DNA of 64,000 bases, taken from Bacteroidia bacterium. Lineage in GTDB: Bacteria > Bacteroidota > Bacteroidia > AKYH767-A > OLB10. The stretch spans positions 72,496 through 136,495 of the forward strand of contig JAEUTH010000021.1 in NCBI GenBank assembly GCA_016788165.1, given 5' to 3'. Shown one piece after another: positions 1 through 9,702 of the stretch. Every line of letters starts with the position of its first letter. Position 1 is the stretch's first letter. The notes beneath the pieces were generated by a model. It made no database searches. It saw only the letters and a list, made by a program, of their open reading frames with translations, and was not told the DNA's origin. Made by a program: the position numbers and the translations under genes.

Positions 1-68
1 TTCATCGCCCGGAAATGGCTGCAAAATTATAGCTAAAGGAAAACTTACTTGATTTTAATTGTTGTTAT

Positions 69-722
69 ATGAAAAAGATTAAAATAATTATTGTTGAGGA
101 CGATAAAGATATCAGGGAACTGGCAGCGGCTATACTTGATGCCGAACATGATATGGAAGTAGTAAAAACATTTCCTAATGGCGAAACTTTTATAAAGGCA
201 TGGGAAAATATTGAGTGTAATGTTGTGGTAATGGATATAAACATGCCAGGCAAAAACGGTATTGAATGCATAGCATTGGCCAAACCTAATAAACCGCAAG
301 TGCAATTTTTAATAAGTACGGTTTTCGAAAATCCACAATATATTTTTCAGGCTTTATGTAATGGGGCAACAGGCTATATGCTTAAAAATAATACCAGCGA
401 TAAATTAATTGCCGCTGTTAGAGATATTGCAGCGGGTGGTTCGCCTATGAATGCAAATATTGCACGATTGGTTGTTGATTCATTTTCGCAGAAACAAACC
501 CATGCCATTCACAATGAGCTTTTAACAGCCCGTGAAAAAGAAATACTTGATTTGTTAGCTCAAGGATTGATGTATAAAGAAATTGCTTTTAGGAAGGAAA
601 TTGCAGTGGAAACCGTGCGTAAGCATGTTTATAATATTTATGAAAAATTGCAGGTTGACACACGTACAGAAGCGATTAACAAAGTGTATGGGAGTCATCT
701 CAATTCGCAAACATCAACTTGA
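69..722 (+). CDS. Two-component response regulator, NarL/FixJ (LuxR-type HTH) family; no adjacent histidine kinase in the window
   Basis: N-terminal receiver (IIIVEDD...VVVMDINMPGKNGIE) and C-terminal LuxR HTH (LTAREKEILDLLAQGLMYKEIA...SVETVRKHVYNIYEKLQV). Confidence 0.9.
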   Translation: MKKIKIIIVEDDKDIRELAAAILDAEHDMEVVKTFPNGETFIKAWENIECNVVVMDINMPGKNGIECIALAKPNKPQVQFLISTVFENPQYIFQALCNGATGYMLKNNTSDKLIAAVRDIAAGGSPMNANIARLVVDSFSQKQTHAIHNELLTAREKEILDLLAQGLMYKEIAFRKEIAVETVRKHVYNIYEKLQVDTRTEAINKVYGSHLNSQTST

Positions 723-859
723 AATACACAAATTACTGTCTGGTATTAATCCATACGTGCATGTTGTATGCTAACACTTTAATGGTATTTCAACACCATT
801 GATGTGAAGGTAAGTTTGCATGATAATTTTTAAATCATTTTCATGACAAGCAAATCAAC

Positions 860-1132
860 ATGCATGCTTACGCCATTTTGCAAAAAGACAAAATAATTTA
901 TTCAGGCTTTATAGAACAGGAAGTTGTAGCAACAGCACAAAATTCAGGTTATAACTTTAGCGGCATTCACAGGCCGCCAAATGATAAAGATACTTGCACG
1001 TTAAGCTATGCCGAGTTTGTTGTGCCATTGGCTAAAGCGGTGCAAGAGGTATCAGAACAAAACACTGCATTATTGCATAAAATAGAATTAGTAGAAATAA
1101 AATATGGCCTATTGGATAAACGAATTAAGTAA
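860..1132 (+). CDS. Short ORF matching only the C-terminal half of a tail-fibre / peptidase-S74 intramolecular-chaperone domain; possible gene remnant
   Basis: GFIEQEV...LSYAEFVVPLAKAVQEV...LLHKIELVE resembles the (I/L)AQEVEKV...YxxLIPxLIEAxKEL core of Bacteroidota tail fibre domain-containing proteins. The N-terminal half of the domain (SDxRLKKNI...) is absent. The reading frame opens only 33 nt upstream (stop at 824-826). Confidence 0.5.
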   Translation: MHAYAILQKDKIIYSGFIEQEVVATAQNSGYNFSGIHRPPNDKDTCTLSYAEFVVPLAKAVQEVSEQNTALLHKIELVEIKYGLLDKRIK

Positions 1133-1402
1133 CATGCTGCATTTAAAAATTCTGGCTGCACTTGCAGATTTTCGGACGCTTTTCGTTAAAGAACCCTGCC
1201 GCAAAAAAAAACCGCAATCAATAGTTTTGGTTGATTATGCAACCATTATTGTTTCCTTACAAGCACATCTGGACGAAATTTTTAGCAGTTAAAAACCAAC
1301 ATTTTTTAGCGTTTGAAAAACATCACATCGTTGTTTTATAATAAGGAGTAAGCTGATTTTTAAAATGGATTGATTTATGAATAATTAATAAAATTAAATC
1401 AA

Positions 1403-1777
1403 TCAGGACTCACAAATTATAAATTCCATGGTTTTACTTATGTGTGGTTCCTGGGTAATACCTTTGGCATATTTAGCATTATGAGCGCTGTTGTATTTAT
1501 TAAGATATGCCTCGTTTATTTTATCCTTTAAAATATAATTGTCGGCAGGTATGTTTGCTTTAATACTGTAAATAGTTTCGCCACATTTTATTTGACCTAA
1601 GGGGTCTTGTAAAAAACTATTATACCAACTTTTTTCTGCCATTCCCCATGACCGCGCAAACATTCTGTTATCAACCACTACCATCCAGATTTCTAAAAAT
1701 GCTGTTCTGTCATTACCTGCTTTAATTCCAATCAGGCTGTGGGTGTTTATATATTTAAGTAAGGCTTCTTTATGCAT
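1403..1777 (-). CDS. DUF2255 family protein
   Basis: ~124 aa; IWMVVVDNRMFARSWGMAEKSWYNSF...AYLNKYNS pattern typical of DUF2255. Confidence 0.7.
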   Translation of the reverse strand: MHKEALLKYINTHSLIGIKAGNDRTAFLEIWMVVVDNRMFARSWGMAEKSWYNSFLQDPLGQIKCGETIYSIKANIPADNYILKDKINEAYLNKYNSAHNAKYAKGITQEPHISKTMEFIICES

Positions 1778-1990
1778 AAACTACAATGGTTATTGTAATA
1801 ATTTTAGGGCAGTAACTATTCGATATGTAAGTAGGTAAACAGTATGTATGATTTTGCGCAAGCTATTGATACTAAAAATGTTTTAACCGCTCTTGATAAA
1901 CTACTGAAGTGGGACTTGGCTGATAGTTGTACGTTTTAGTTCTTCAATTTTATAGTTTGAAAGCACAAGCTTTATTTTGATATTTATTTA

Positions 1991-2019
1991 ATTATAAAAA
2001 GCAGTGTTAAGCAATGCTT
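1991..2019 (-). terminator. Probable intrinsic terminator downstream of the DHFR-family gene (imperfect hairpin plus T-run on the minus strand)
   Basis: aagcagtg/cattgctt stem with one mismatch, flanked by aaaaa on the plus strand (T-run on minus). Confidence 0.45.
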
Positions 2020-2047
2020 AGTTAATTTTTCTGTCTTTAATACGAAA

Positions 2048-2596
2048 TTATTTTTGGGGTTTGTAACTATGTACCATTGCACCTGATAAAAGTATTTTTG
2101 TATTAAGCAATATAAATTCATTTCTGGCTTTTACATTTTCAAATAACGGTATGCCATTGCCTGTAACTACGGGGTGTATGCACAGTTGTAATTCGTCTAA
2201 TAGATTATAATTTAATGCCTGAGTAATTAAACTCCGGCTTCCAATAAAAATGTTTTTTCCTGTTTGTTGTTTGAGTAAACTAATTTCGGTTTCAAAAGAT
2301 GTTGAAGCCATTATAGCACTTTGCCAACCGGTGCTTTGCAATGTATTTGAAAAAACAATTTTTTGAATTTTATCAATTGCAATTGCAAAATCATCCATTG
2401 ATTTTTGGCCCGAAGGATTTTCAATTAATGATTGCCAAAACTGCATTAACTGATAGGTTTTACGACCATACAAAATAACACCTGCATTAGTTAGTAATGT
2501 GGCATAGTGCTGATGCAATTCTTCATCGGCATTAATTGCTGTATGGTCGCAATAGCCATCGAGTGTCATGTTTATGGCAGCAATAACTTTTCTCAT
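2048..2596 (-). CDS. Dihydrofolate reductase family protein (RibD C-terminal domain / YwjB-like)
   Basis: MRKVIAAINMTLDGY...ILYGRKTYQ...NIFIGSRSLI..LLDELQLCIHPVV.G.G.PLF signature of the RibD_C / DHFR-like family. Confidence 0.85.
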   Translation of the reverse strand: MRKVIAAINMTLDGYCDHTAINADEELHQHYATLLTNAGVILYGRKTYQLMQFWQSLIENPSGQKSMDDFAIAIDKIQKIVFSNTLQSTGWQSAIMASTSFETEISLLKQQTGKNIFIGSRSLITQALNYNLLDELQLCIHPVVTGNGIPLFENVKARNEFILLNTKILLSGAMVHSYKPQK

Positions 2597-2645
2597 AAAT
2601 AAATAATTAAGTATTTAAATGGAGCGATGTTTAAATGGAATGTAA

Positions 2646-3209
2646 TTAATCTGTTATAACAATATCGTACTTATTTAATAACCCCACGATTCCGGATTGT
2701 GAAAATTTTGCTTTTTTAATTTGATTGATATCCGGGTCAATGATGTAATTGTAAGCTGTAGTAAAATTTACTTTGTTGAGTATGGTTTCATCAAACACAG
2801 CATGCAACATATTACAGTTGTCGAAAAAACCTTCAGTTAAATCACATTCAGTAAAATCTACTTCTTGTAATATTGTATTTTTAAAAATAGCTCTTTTAAT
2901 TTTTGTTTTATAAAATGAACTATGATTTAACTGGCAAGCATCAAATGAAAAAGAAAGGCCGAAGTCATTACAAGTTTCAAACTTAAGCCCCAACATTTTG
3001 CAATCAATAAATTTTACTACCCTAAAAGCCGTATTGTTTAATTTGGCTAAGCTTAGGTTACAACTATTAAAAGTACAGTCAATGAAAATAAAGTTCGAAA
3101 TATCATTGCTTTCAAAATTGCAATTTATAAATGTGCAGTTTTCATATTCGCCTTTTTGTAAAGCAGTTTCGTTTTTAATAGTAGTATCCTGAATAAATAA
3201 ATTTTGCAT
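2646..3209 (-). CDS. Pentapeptide-repeat protein (Qnr/MfpA-like fold); start revised to the internal ATG at 3209
   Basis: Continuous A(D/N)LxF-type pentapeptide repeats (CTFINCNFESNDISNFIFIDCTFNSCNLSLAKLNNTAF...). The ORF-track start at 3290 is an upstream extension with no repeats. Confidence 0.85.
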   Translation of the reverse strand: MQNLFIQDTTIKNETALQKGEYENCTFINCNFESNDISNFIFIDCTFNSCNLSLAKLNNTAFRVVKFIDCKMLGLKFETCNDFGLSFSFDACQLNHSSFYKTKIKRAIFKNTILQEVDFTECDLTEGFFDNCNMLHAVFDETILNKVNFTTAYNYIIDPDINQIKKAKFSQSGIVGLLNKYDIVITD

Positions 3210-3391
3210 AAGGTATTTGTAAATTATTGATACAAAGTAATTGTTATTTAGATGCCTTTGGCTAAGTTTATTATATACACAAAGCAACATATTTATGGGT
3301 TTATTTTTAAGTTAAGCTTGCATTGTTGTTCAATATATGCCTTTTTTACTTTCTTATATTTGGCAGATAATAAATTATAAATTGTATTAAT

Positions 3392-3802
3392 ATGGGAAAA
3401 TTGATAGTTAACCGATTGGATTATGCACGCATAAAGAAGTGCATTAAGGATGCCAAACAATTTAAATCAATTACAGCAACAGAGGCTGCAAAATTGGTTA
3501 ATGAGCTAGATTCGGCCAAAATAGTCGAGCCCAAAGCCATACCGGCTGATGTGGTTACAATGAATTCAATTGTGAAGTTGAGTTTCCTGAATACGAATAA
3601 AAAAATTCAGTTTCAAATTGTTTACCCTGATAAGGCTGAAATAAAAGAAAATAAAATTTCAATTTTTTCGCCCATTGCAACGGCATTAATCGGTTACAAG
3701 GTTAATGATGAAATTGAGTGGATAGTACCGGCAGGATTAACAAAAATTAAAATTGATAAAATAATTTATCAGCCGGAAGCCGCAGGCGATTACGATATAT
3801 AA
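3392..3802 (+). CDS. GreA/GreB-family protein (Rnk / nucleoside-diphosphate-kinase-regulator-like)
   Basis: C-terminal FKBP-like Gre domain ISIFSPIATALIGYKVNDEIEWIVPAG; N-terminal helical region. Confidence 0.8.
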   Translation: MGKLIVNRLDYARIKKCIKDAKQFKSITATEAAKLVNELDSAKIVEPKAIPADVVTMNSIVKLSFLNTNKKIQFQIVYPDKAEIKENKISIFSPIATALIGYKVNDEIEWIVPAGLTKIKIDKIIYQPEAAGDYDI

Positions 3803-4082
3803 ACACAGACATTTTAAATTTTTTGTAGTAGTAATGACTGTGAGTTTGGGATAAATCAAACGGCAATTATTACTGTTTTTACATTAACGAAGTTGTATGG
3901 GTACAGTGATTAGGCGTAATGCGTTTTTATTAAGACACGGTAACGAGTTATTATAAGTGATTAATCAATCAACTATAAATTTAGTTGCATTAATCAAGTA
4001 ATATTCCGTATAAAATATGTATCGTTTGTTTGCACACATCATTTGCACGCTACATTTTATACAGCCTTTAATGCAGCACTTA

Positions 4083-5252
4083 CTAAAGGTTTGATTTTTT
4101 ATTTAGTAAGCCTCCGAAAATTAAAACAAAAGCTGTTAACAAAACCATTTGAATTAGCAGCGTTTTATTTATTAAAGGCAATTGACTGGTTATTGGTACA
4201 GAAAGGAAAAGTAAAATAGTGATTAAGCCACGCGGAGCTACAAATAAAACCGGTACCAAAGGTAGTTTGTAAAGATGAAGTAAAACAGCCCGTGATAAAA
4301 ATATAAGTACAACAAATGCGATAGAATAGGGCAATTCAGTTGTACTTATCAATTCATCTAAATTTAAACTAAAACCAAATAGCGTAAAAAATAAAATGCG
4401 TATTAAAAAGGTGGCTTCAATAACTAAGTCGGTAAACGAATTTACTTCGGCATTAAAATTATCGAAACGTACTTTTTTAAATATTTTAAATTTATTAAAC
4501 ATACTTGCATTGCTAAAAACCAAACCTAAAATCAGTATGTAAATTAAACCCGGCAAATGCAACAATTTGGTTATAGCATATACAAGTAAAATTAATGCGA
4601 GCAAAGGTACATGCTTAACATGCGTATTAATTTTATAAAGCAAAACTGCCGATGCTATGGTGCTTAGGCATGTAATTATCAGGATAAAAATTAGGTCAGA
4701 TGTAAATTTTAATCCGGCTGTTAAATTTATAATTTCAGTAGTAACAAAGAAGTTGAATAGGACAACGCCAATAATGTCGCTAAAACTACTTTCGTAAACC
4801 ACAAACTCTTTATTTATTTCGTTAAACGATTTGGCACTTGGTATAGCTATAGCACTGCTAATAATGCAAAGTGGCATCAGGTTAACTATACTATCATTAA
4901 TGGAGTAATTGAAAACATAGTAACACCAACTTACGGTAATTACTGCTAAAATTAATATAGCAAGCCATGACACCCAAAATGCTTTTTTTATTAATGGTAT
5001 TTTGGTTGCATCAATTTTAAGTTCCAACGCACCTTCGAGCACAATTAAAACCAATCCAACGGTACCTACTAAAGGTAAAATACGTGATACATCGGGTATG
5101 GCAATATTTAATAACTGAAGGCTATATTTAATTGCAAAACCAAAAGTTAATAGCAGCACCACCGATGGCACTTTAATTTTAGCCGAAAAAACATCAATCA
5201 GGTATGCAATTAAAACTACACCACATAAAATCAGTAATATGTTAGCAATCAT
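4083..5252 (-). CDS. Cation:proton antiporter (Na+/H+ exchanger, CPA family)
   Basis: ~12 predicted TM helices. The N terminus MIANILLILCGVVLIAYLIDVFSAKIKVPSVVLLLTFGFAIK is typical of sodium:proton antiporters. Confidence 0.85.
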   Translation of the reverse strand: MIANILLILCGVVLIAYLIDVFSAKIKVPSVVLLLTFGFAIKYSLQLLNIAIPDVSRILPLVGTVGLVLIVLEGALELKIDATKIPLIKKAFWVSWLAILILAVITVSWCYYVFNYSINDSIVNLMPLCIISSAIAIPSAKSFNEINKEFVVYESSFSDIIGVVLFNFFVTTEIINLTAGLKFTSDLIFILIITCLSTIASAVLLYKINTHVKHVPLLALILLVYAITKLLHLPGLIYILILGLVFSNASMFNKFKIFKKVRFDNFNAEVNSFTDLVIEATFLIRILFFTLFGFSLNLDELISTTELPYSIAFVVLIFLSRAVLLHLYKLPLVPVLFVAPRGLITILLFLSVPITSQLPLINKTLLIQMVLLTAFVLIFGGLLNKKSNL

Positions 5253-5297
5253 AATATAGTTTTAAAGTGCCGGCCAATACTATTACAGATGTTGAAA

Positions 5298-6557
5298 TTA
5301 AGTTTTTTGTTTTTTCTTTTTGGCAGCCGGAAACAATACATTATTTAAAATTAAACGAAAGCCCGGTGAATTTGGATGCAGGTTTAAATCGGTTGGCGGG
5401 TCGCCTACCATGTGTTGATAATCTTCCGGATCGTGTCCGCCATAAAATGTCCAGGTGCCTTTGCCATGTTCGCCATGTATGTATTTGGCAAAACCCCCTG
5501 ATTTGTTTTCGCCCATCACAATTACATTGCTCTTAATATAACGACTATCAAAAGCCGTTGTTTGTCCCATAAAACCAGCAATAACTTGTTCGTGGTTTTG
5601 GCATAACATGGTGGGTACCGGATCCCATTTAGCCGAAAACTCAAAAAGTGTAAACACATCGTTATCGCGCGATACGCCACGTTGTTGCGGGTTAACATCA
5701 ATGTTGCTAAACTCATACTCAACCGGATTGGTACTCAGTTTAAAGTTTTCGAAAGCAAAAGTTTTTGCAAAATCTAATTTGTTGTTGTAGTTGATGGTGG
5801 TTCCATCGCCATCATAAATTTTATCGGCAATGTCAAGGTCTTGCGCTGCCAATGCAATGTCATACGAGTCGGTGCCTGAGCACATAGTAAATAAAAAGCC
5901 TCCACCAATTGTAAACTCTTCAATTTTTTTTGCAACACCCAATTTAAGCTGTGATACTTTGCTAAAGCCTAATTTTTTTGCCATAGCTTCGTTAGTGCGC
6001 ACTTGTTCCTGATACCAAGGAGCGTTATGGTACATAGAATAAAACTTGCCGTATTGGCCTGTAAAATCTTCGTGATGGAGGTGCAGCCAATCGTACAGAG
6101 GAAGTTTACCGGTTATTATTTCCTCATCATACACTATGTCATATTTTATCTCGGCATATTTTAATACCATGGTTACGGCATCGTCCCAGGGTAATTTGTT
6201 TTTAGGCGTGTAAACTGCAATGCGTGGGGCCTTTTCTAATTTCACCACATCCATATTTACTTCTGGGTTTGCAATTTCCTGAATTATGGCATCGGCCTGG
6301 CCATCGGCAATAATGGTGTAGGATACACCGCGTACCTTACATTCGTTTTCTATGGCCGAAATTTGTTTAATCATAAAACTACCGCCACGGTAATTGAGCA
6401 ACCAGTTTATATCTACCTCTTGTGTAAGTACCCAATAAGCAATGCCGTATGCTTTAAGGTGATTTTTTTGAGATTCGTCCATAGGTATAAGTATGTACGA
6501 TGCCTGTATTTTAAAGCTAACAACAAGTAAAGCGATGATAATTTTTAAACTCTTCAT
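5298..6557 (-). CDS. Secreted conserved hypothetical protein (signal peptide; function unknown)
   Basis: N-terminal signal peptide MKSLKIIIALLVVSFKIQA, 419 aa, lysine-rich C-terminal tail. No motif I can assign confidently. Confidence 0.6.
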   Translation of the reverse strand: MKSLKIIIALLVVSFKIQASYILIPMDESQKNHLKAYGIAYWVLTQEVDINWLLNYRGGSFMIKQISAIENECKVRGVSYTIIADGQADAIIQEIANPEVNMDVVKLEKAPRIAVYTPKNKLPWDDAVTMVLKYAEIKYDIVYDEEIITGKLPLYDWLHLHHEDFTGQYGKFYSMYHNAPWYQEQVRTNEAMAKKLGFSKVSQLKLGVAKKIEEFTIGGGFLFTMCSGTDSYDIALAAQDLDIADKIYDGDGTTINYNNKLDFAKTFAFENFKLSTNPVEYEFSNIDVNPQQRGVSRDNDVFTLFEFSAKWDPVPTMLCQNHEQVIAGFMGQTTAFDSRYIKSNVIVMGENKSGGFAKYIHGEHGKGTWTFYGGHDPEDYQHMVGDPPTDLNLHPNSPGFRLILNNVLFPAAKKKKQKT

Positions 6558-6596
6558 TTTTTTTACTTTATAAATGAAACGGTATTTACTTCAAAG

Positions 6597-8696
6597 TTAT
6601 TTCCAGCTCATATTTAAATTATACATTAAAAAACTGTAAACATCAGTTTGTTCGGCAATTTGTTTTTTTACAGGTTTTCCAGCGCCATGGCCTGCATTGC
6701 TGTCAATACGTATAAGGGTAGGGTTGGTGCCTGTATTATGCGCCTGTAATGCCGCTGCAAATTTATAGGAGTGGGCGGGTACCACGCGGTCGTCATGGTC
6801 GGCTGTGGTAATTAATGTAGCCGGGTATGCAGCATCTTTTGTACAATGGAGTGGTGAGTATTTTATTAAAGCTTCAAACTCTTTTTCATTTTCACTTGTT
6901 CCGTAATCGTTAGCCCAAGCCCATCCAATAGTAAATTTATGATAACGTAACATATCCATTACGCCTACCGAAGGTAAGGCTACTTTAAACAAATCGGGCC
7001 GCTGTGTAATGCATGCACCTACCAATAAACCACCATTACTACCACCGTTGATTGCTAATTTTTCGGCACTCGTGTATTTACTGTCAATTAAATATTGGGC
7101 TGCAGCAATAAAATCGTCAAACACATTTTGCTTGTTTAGTTTTGTACCGGCTTTATGCCAGGCATCACCAAACTCGCCACCACCGCGCAAGTTGGGCATT
7201 GCAAATATGCCCCCTTGTTCTAAAAATAGTAAACGCTCGGCTCTGAATTCAGGTGTTTTACTAATATTAAATCCGCCATAGCCATGTAGCAGTGTTGGGT
7301 TGTTACCATTTAATTGCAGGTTCTTTTTATGTACAATAAACATGGGTATTTCAGTACCGTCTTTGCTCTTATACGTAACTTGTTTGGTAATATAATCGTC
7401 TTTTCTAAATGCTATTTTTTTTGTGGGGTCGTAGCCATCTATCATACTTCGGCCATTTTTAGCATAACCCATATAAACCGTTGTAGGTATAGTAAATGAT
7501 GTTATGTTGTAAAAGAAAACACTATCGTTTACCGAACTGTTTATTTCGTTAACGGTGCATAAGCCCGGCAGTTTTACTTCATATAAAAATTTGCCGGTAT
7601 TACTGTAGCCTAATATTTTATTACTGGCCATGTGCATATATTTTACAAGATAGTTTTTATCAGCCTGATGCACTTCTTGCATTACATCAGCACTTTCGGG
7701 TATGATGGTGGTCCAGTTTTTTTTATCAATGTTATTAATATCAATACTTATCAGTCGCCCTTTTTTTGCTTCGTCATTGGTTTGTACTATCAGTTTTTGA
7801 TTAATGATATCAACCACTTTGTAGCTGTGGTTAAAGTCGCTAACTATGGTAATAAACGGACTGTTTGAATGACTTAAATCTTTAATAATTATATTGTTAC
7901 CACTGGTACTTTCGGCCCCGTTAATAATTAAATATCGCTCGTCAGAACTGGTTTGGCAACGGAATGTGCATTTAGGTTTGGTTGGGTCGCTATATACAAG
8001 CAAATCGGTTTGTTGCGGTAAACCTACACGATGGTAATAAACTTTGTGATTGGTATTTTGTGCTTTAAATTTATCGCCATCTACCGGGGCATCATATCTG
8101 GAATAAAAGAAGCCTGAATCTTTCCAAGCTATCTGACTAAACTTTACCCAGTCAATTGAGTCGGCAAGGGTGCGCGATTTTTTTATATCCTTAATTCTTA
8201 TTTGTTGCCAGTCGCTACCTGCCCGCGAAACATTAAAAGCAATAAATGCCCCATTCTTATTTCCACTAAATCCACTTAAAGAAGTTAAGCCTGTTGTATC
8301 AACGGTATTGGGGTCTAAAAATAACATACCTACAAAGTCTAATCCGCGCTTATAATAAAGTACATCTTGATTTTGTAATCCATTATTGCGTAAATAAAAG
8401 TAGGCGCTACCTACTTTAAATGATGGCCGATAGCGTGGAAAATTCCATAGTTTTTCTAATTTGTTTTGTACGCTATCGCGAAATGGTATTTGATTTAAAT
8501 ACGTATGCGTTACATTATTTTCATCGGCAATCCATTGCTTGGTATCTACATCATCGGTTTCTAACCAGCGATATGGGTCGGCAACGGTTTGCCCAAAATA
8601 TACATCGGTTTGATTGGTTTTTTTTGCAACCGGATATTGCAATTGTGCAAATACTTGGCCTGTTATGCCAATAAGTAATAACAAGATGTTTTTCAT
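6597..8696 (-). CDS. Prolyl oligopeptidase (S9A family serine peptidase), secreted
   Basis: DPYRWLETDD...QWI..EN N-terminal propeller signature; catalytic domain GGSNGGLLVGA (Ser) ... DHDDRV (Asp) ... GHG (His). Confidence 0.92.
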   Translation of the reverse strand: MKNILLLLIGITGQVFAQLQYPVAKKTNQTDVYFGQTVADPYRWLETDDVDTKQWIADENNVTHTYLNQIPFRDSVQNKLEKLWNFPRYRPSFKVGSAYFYLRNNGLQNQDVLYYKRGLDFVGMLFLDPNTVDTTGLTSLSGFSGNKNGAFIAFNVSRAGSDWQQIRIKDIKKSRTLADSIDWVKFSQIAWKDSGFFYSRYDAPVDGDKFKAQNTNHKVYYHRVGLPQQTDLLVYSDPTKPKCTFRCQTSSDERYLIINGAESTSGNNIIIKDLSHSNSPFITIVSDFNHSYKVVDIINQKLIVQTNDEAKKGRLISIDINNIDKKNWTTIIPESADVMQEVHQADKNYLVKYMHMASNKILGYSNTGKFLYEVKLPGLCTVNEINSSVNDSVFFYNITSFTIPTTVYMGYAKNGRSMIDGYDPTKKIAFRKDDYITKQVTYKSKDGTEIPMFIVHKKNLQLNGNNPTLLHGYGGFNISKTPEFRAERLLFLEQGGIFAMPNLRGGGEFGDAWHKAGTKLNKQNVFDDFIAAAQYLIDSKYTSAEKLAINGGSNGGLLVGACITQRPDLFKVALPSVGVMDMLRYHKFTIGWAWANDYGTSENEKEFEALIKYSPLHCTKDAAYPATLITTADHDDRVVPAHSYKFAAALQAHNTGTNPTLIRIDSNAGHGAGKPVKKQIAEQTDVYSFLMYNLNMSWK

Positions 8697-8793
8697 AGTT
8701 TATTTATAGAAAGGCGCACAAAGTTAAAAACCCTGAAACGGGTTACAGTTATAATTTGGTGAACATAAATTGATGTTCCTTTTAAAAAACAAA

Positions 8794-9594
8794 TTATAAA
8801 AGCTTTGGTTTGCTACATTTAATGGCATACATCATGGGTAACACACCTTGCAGGTTTTTTATCTGGTATTTCCCATTATCAATTTGCACGGTATTTTTAA
8901 AACAGTTGTAGTTGCTGTAGTCAAACTCGCTAAACTTTTCCAGTTTTAAGCCGTTATCAATAAGCGCAGTAATAATATCAGACAGGCTATGGTTCCATCC
9001 GATGTTAGTGGTTTTAATTACAGCATTTCTGTCGGCATAACTACCCAAATTAGTTTCAATAATTGGGTCAACGTTAAAGTAGGGGTATTGCAGCATTTTC
9101 ATTTCATTATCCAACATCCATAGCACCGGATGAAAATCAATAATTAAAAACGTACCCCCTGGTTTTAAACATTGTGCAACAACAGCAGCCCATTTATTTA
9201 AATCAGGCAACCAGCCAATAGTACCATAGGATGTATAAACAATATCAAAGGTTTTATTCAAATGCTTACACGTATCATACACGTTACAACAAATAAACTC
9301 GGCAGGTAAATTCAATTCTTCGGCTAAGGATTTGGCGTAAGCAATAGCCTGATCGGCAAAGTCAATACCTGTGCATTGTGCGCCTTTATGTTGCCATGAT
9401 AAGGTATCCTGTCCGAAATGACATTGTAAGTGGAGCAGCGATTTGCCATGCACATCACCAAGCCACATTTGTTCTGTATCGCAAAGTGAATTAAGCGTAA
9501 GTTTAAAAGTATCGTTTGCATAAAATGCGCTGTTTATGTTAACCTGAGTTAATGTATTCCAGTGATGCTGATTTTGTTTAAAAAAGTCTTCCAT
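8794..9594 (-). CDS. Class I SAM-dependent methyltransferase; start placed at ATG 9594 (ORF track shows a GTG extension to 9624)
   Basis: SAM-binding region VHGKSLLHLQCHFGQDTLSW...GIDFADQAI and motif LKPGGTFLIID. Confidence 0.8.
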   Translation of the reverse strand: MEDFFKQNQHHWNTLTQVNINSAFYANDTFKLTLNSLCDTEQMWLGDVHGKSLLHLQCHFGQDTLSWQHKGAQCTGIDFADQAIAYAKSLAEELNLPAEFICCNVYDTCKHLNKTFDIVYTSYGTIGWLPDLNKWAAVVAQCLKPGGTFLIIDFHPVLWMLDNEMKMLQYPYFNVDPIIETNLGSYADRNAVIKTTNIGWNHSLSDIITALIDNGLKLEKFSEFDYSNYNCFKNTVQIDNGKYQIKNLQGVLPMMYAIKCSKPKLL

Positions 9595-9702
9595 TATAAT
9601 TGATTCATAATTTTTTAAAAACACTTGTGCATTCGCTTCAGATAACCGTAAAACCTAAGGTTGTTTGGTTATTTTCGCAGCCACACAATAAACATATTTT
9701 AT

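Noticed and set aside
583-774. 63-aa ORF overlapping the 3' end of the LuxR-type regulator
   Set aside because: Out-of-frame overlap with the well-supported HTH region; not a separate gene.
5267-8674. Plus-strand ORFs (5267..5536, 7009..7281, 8420..8674 and others) opposite the secreted protein and prolyl oligopeptidase genes
   Set aside because: Antisense frame-shadow ORFs with no motifs, overlapping strongly supported minus-strand genes.
9661-9702. TTG-initiated N-terminal extension of lpdA in the ORF track (also the similar extensions at 28296, 29057, 34069 and 3290)
   Set aside because: Homology starts at the internal ATGs (9703, 28347, 29084, 33985, 3209). The extensions have no conserved residues, and one of them overlaps a terminator hairpin.
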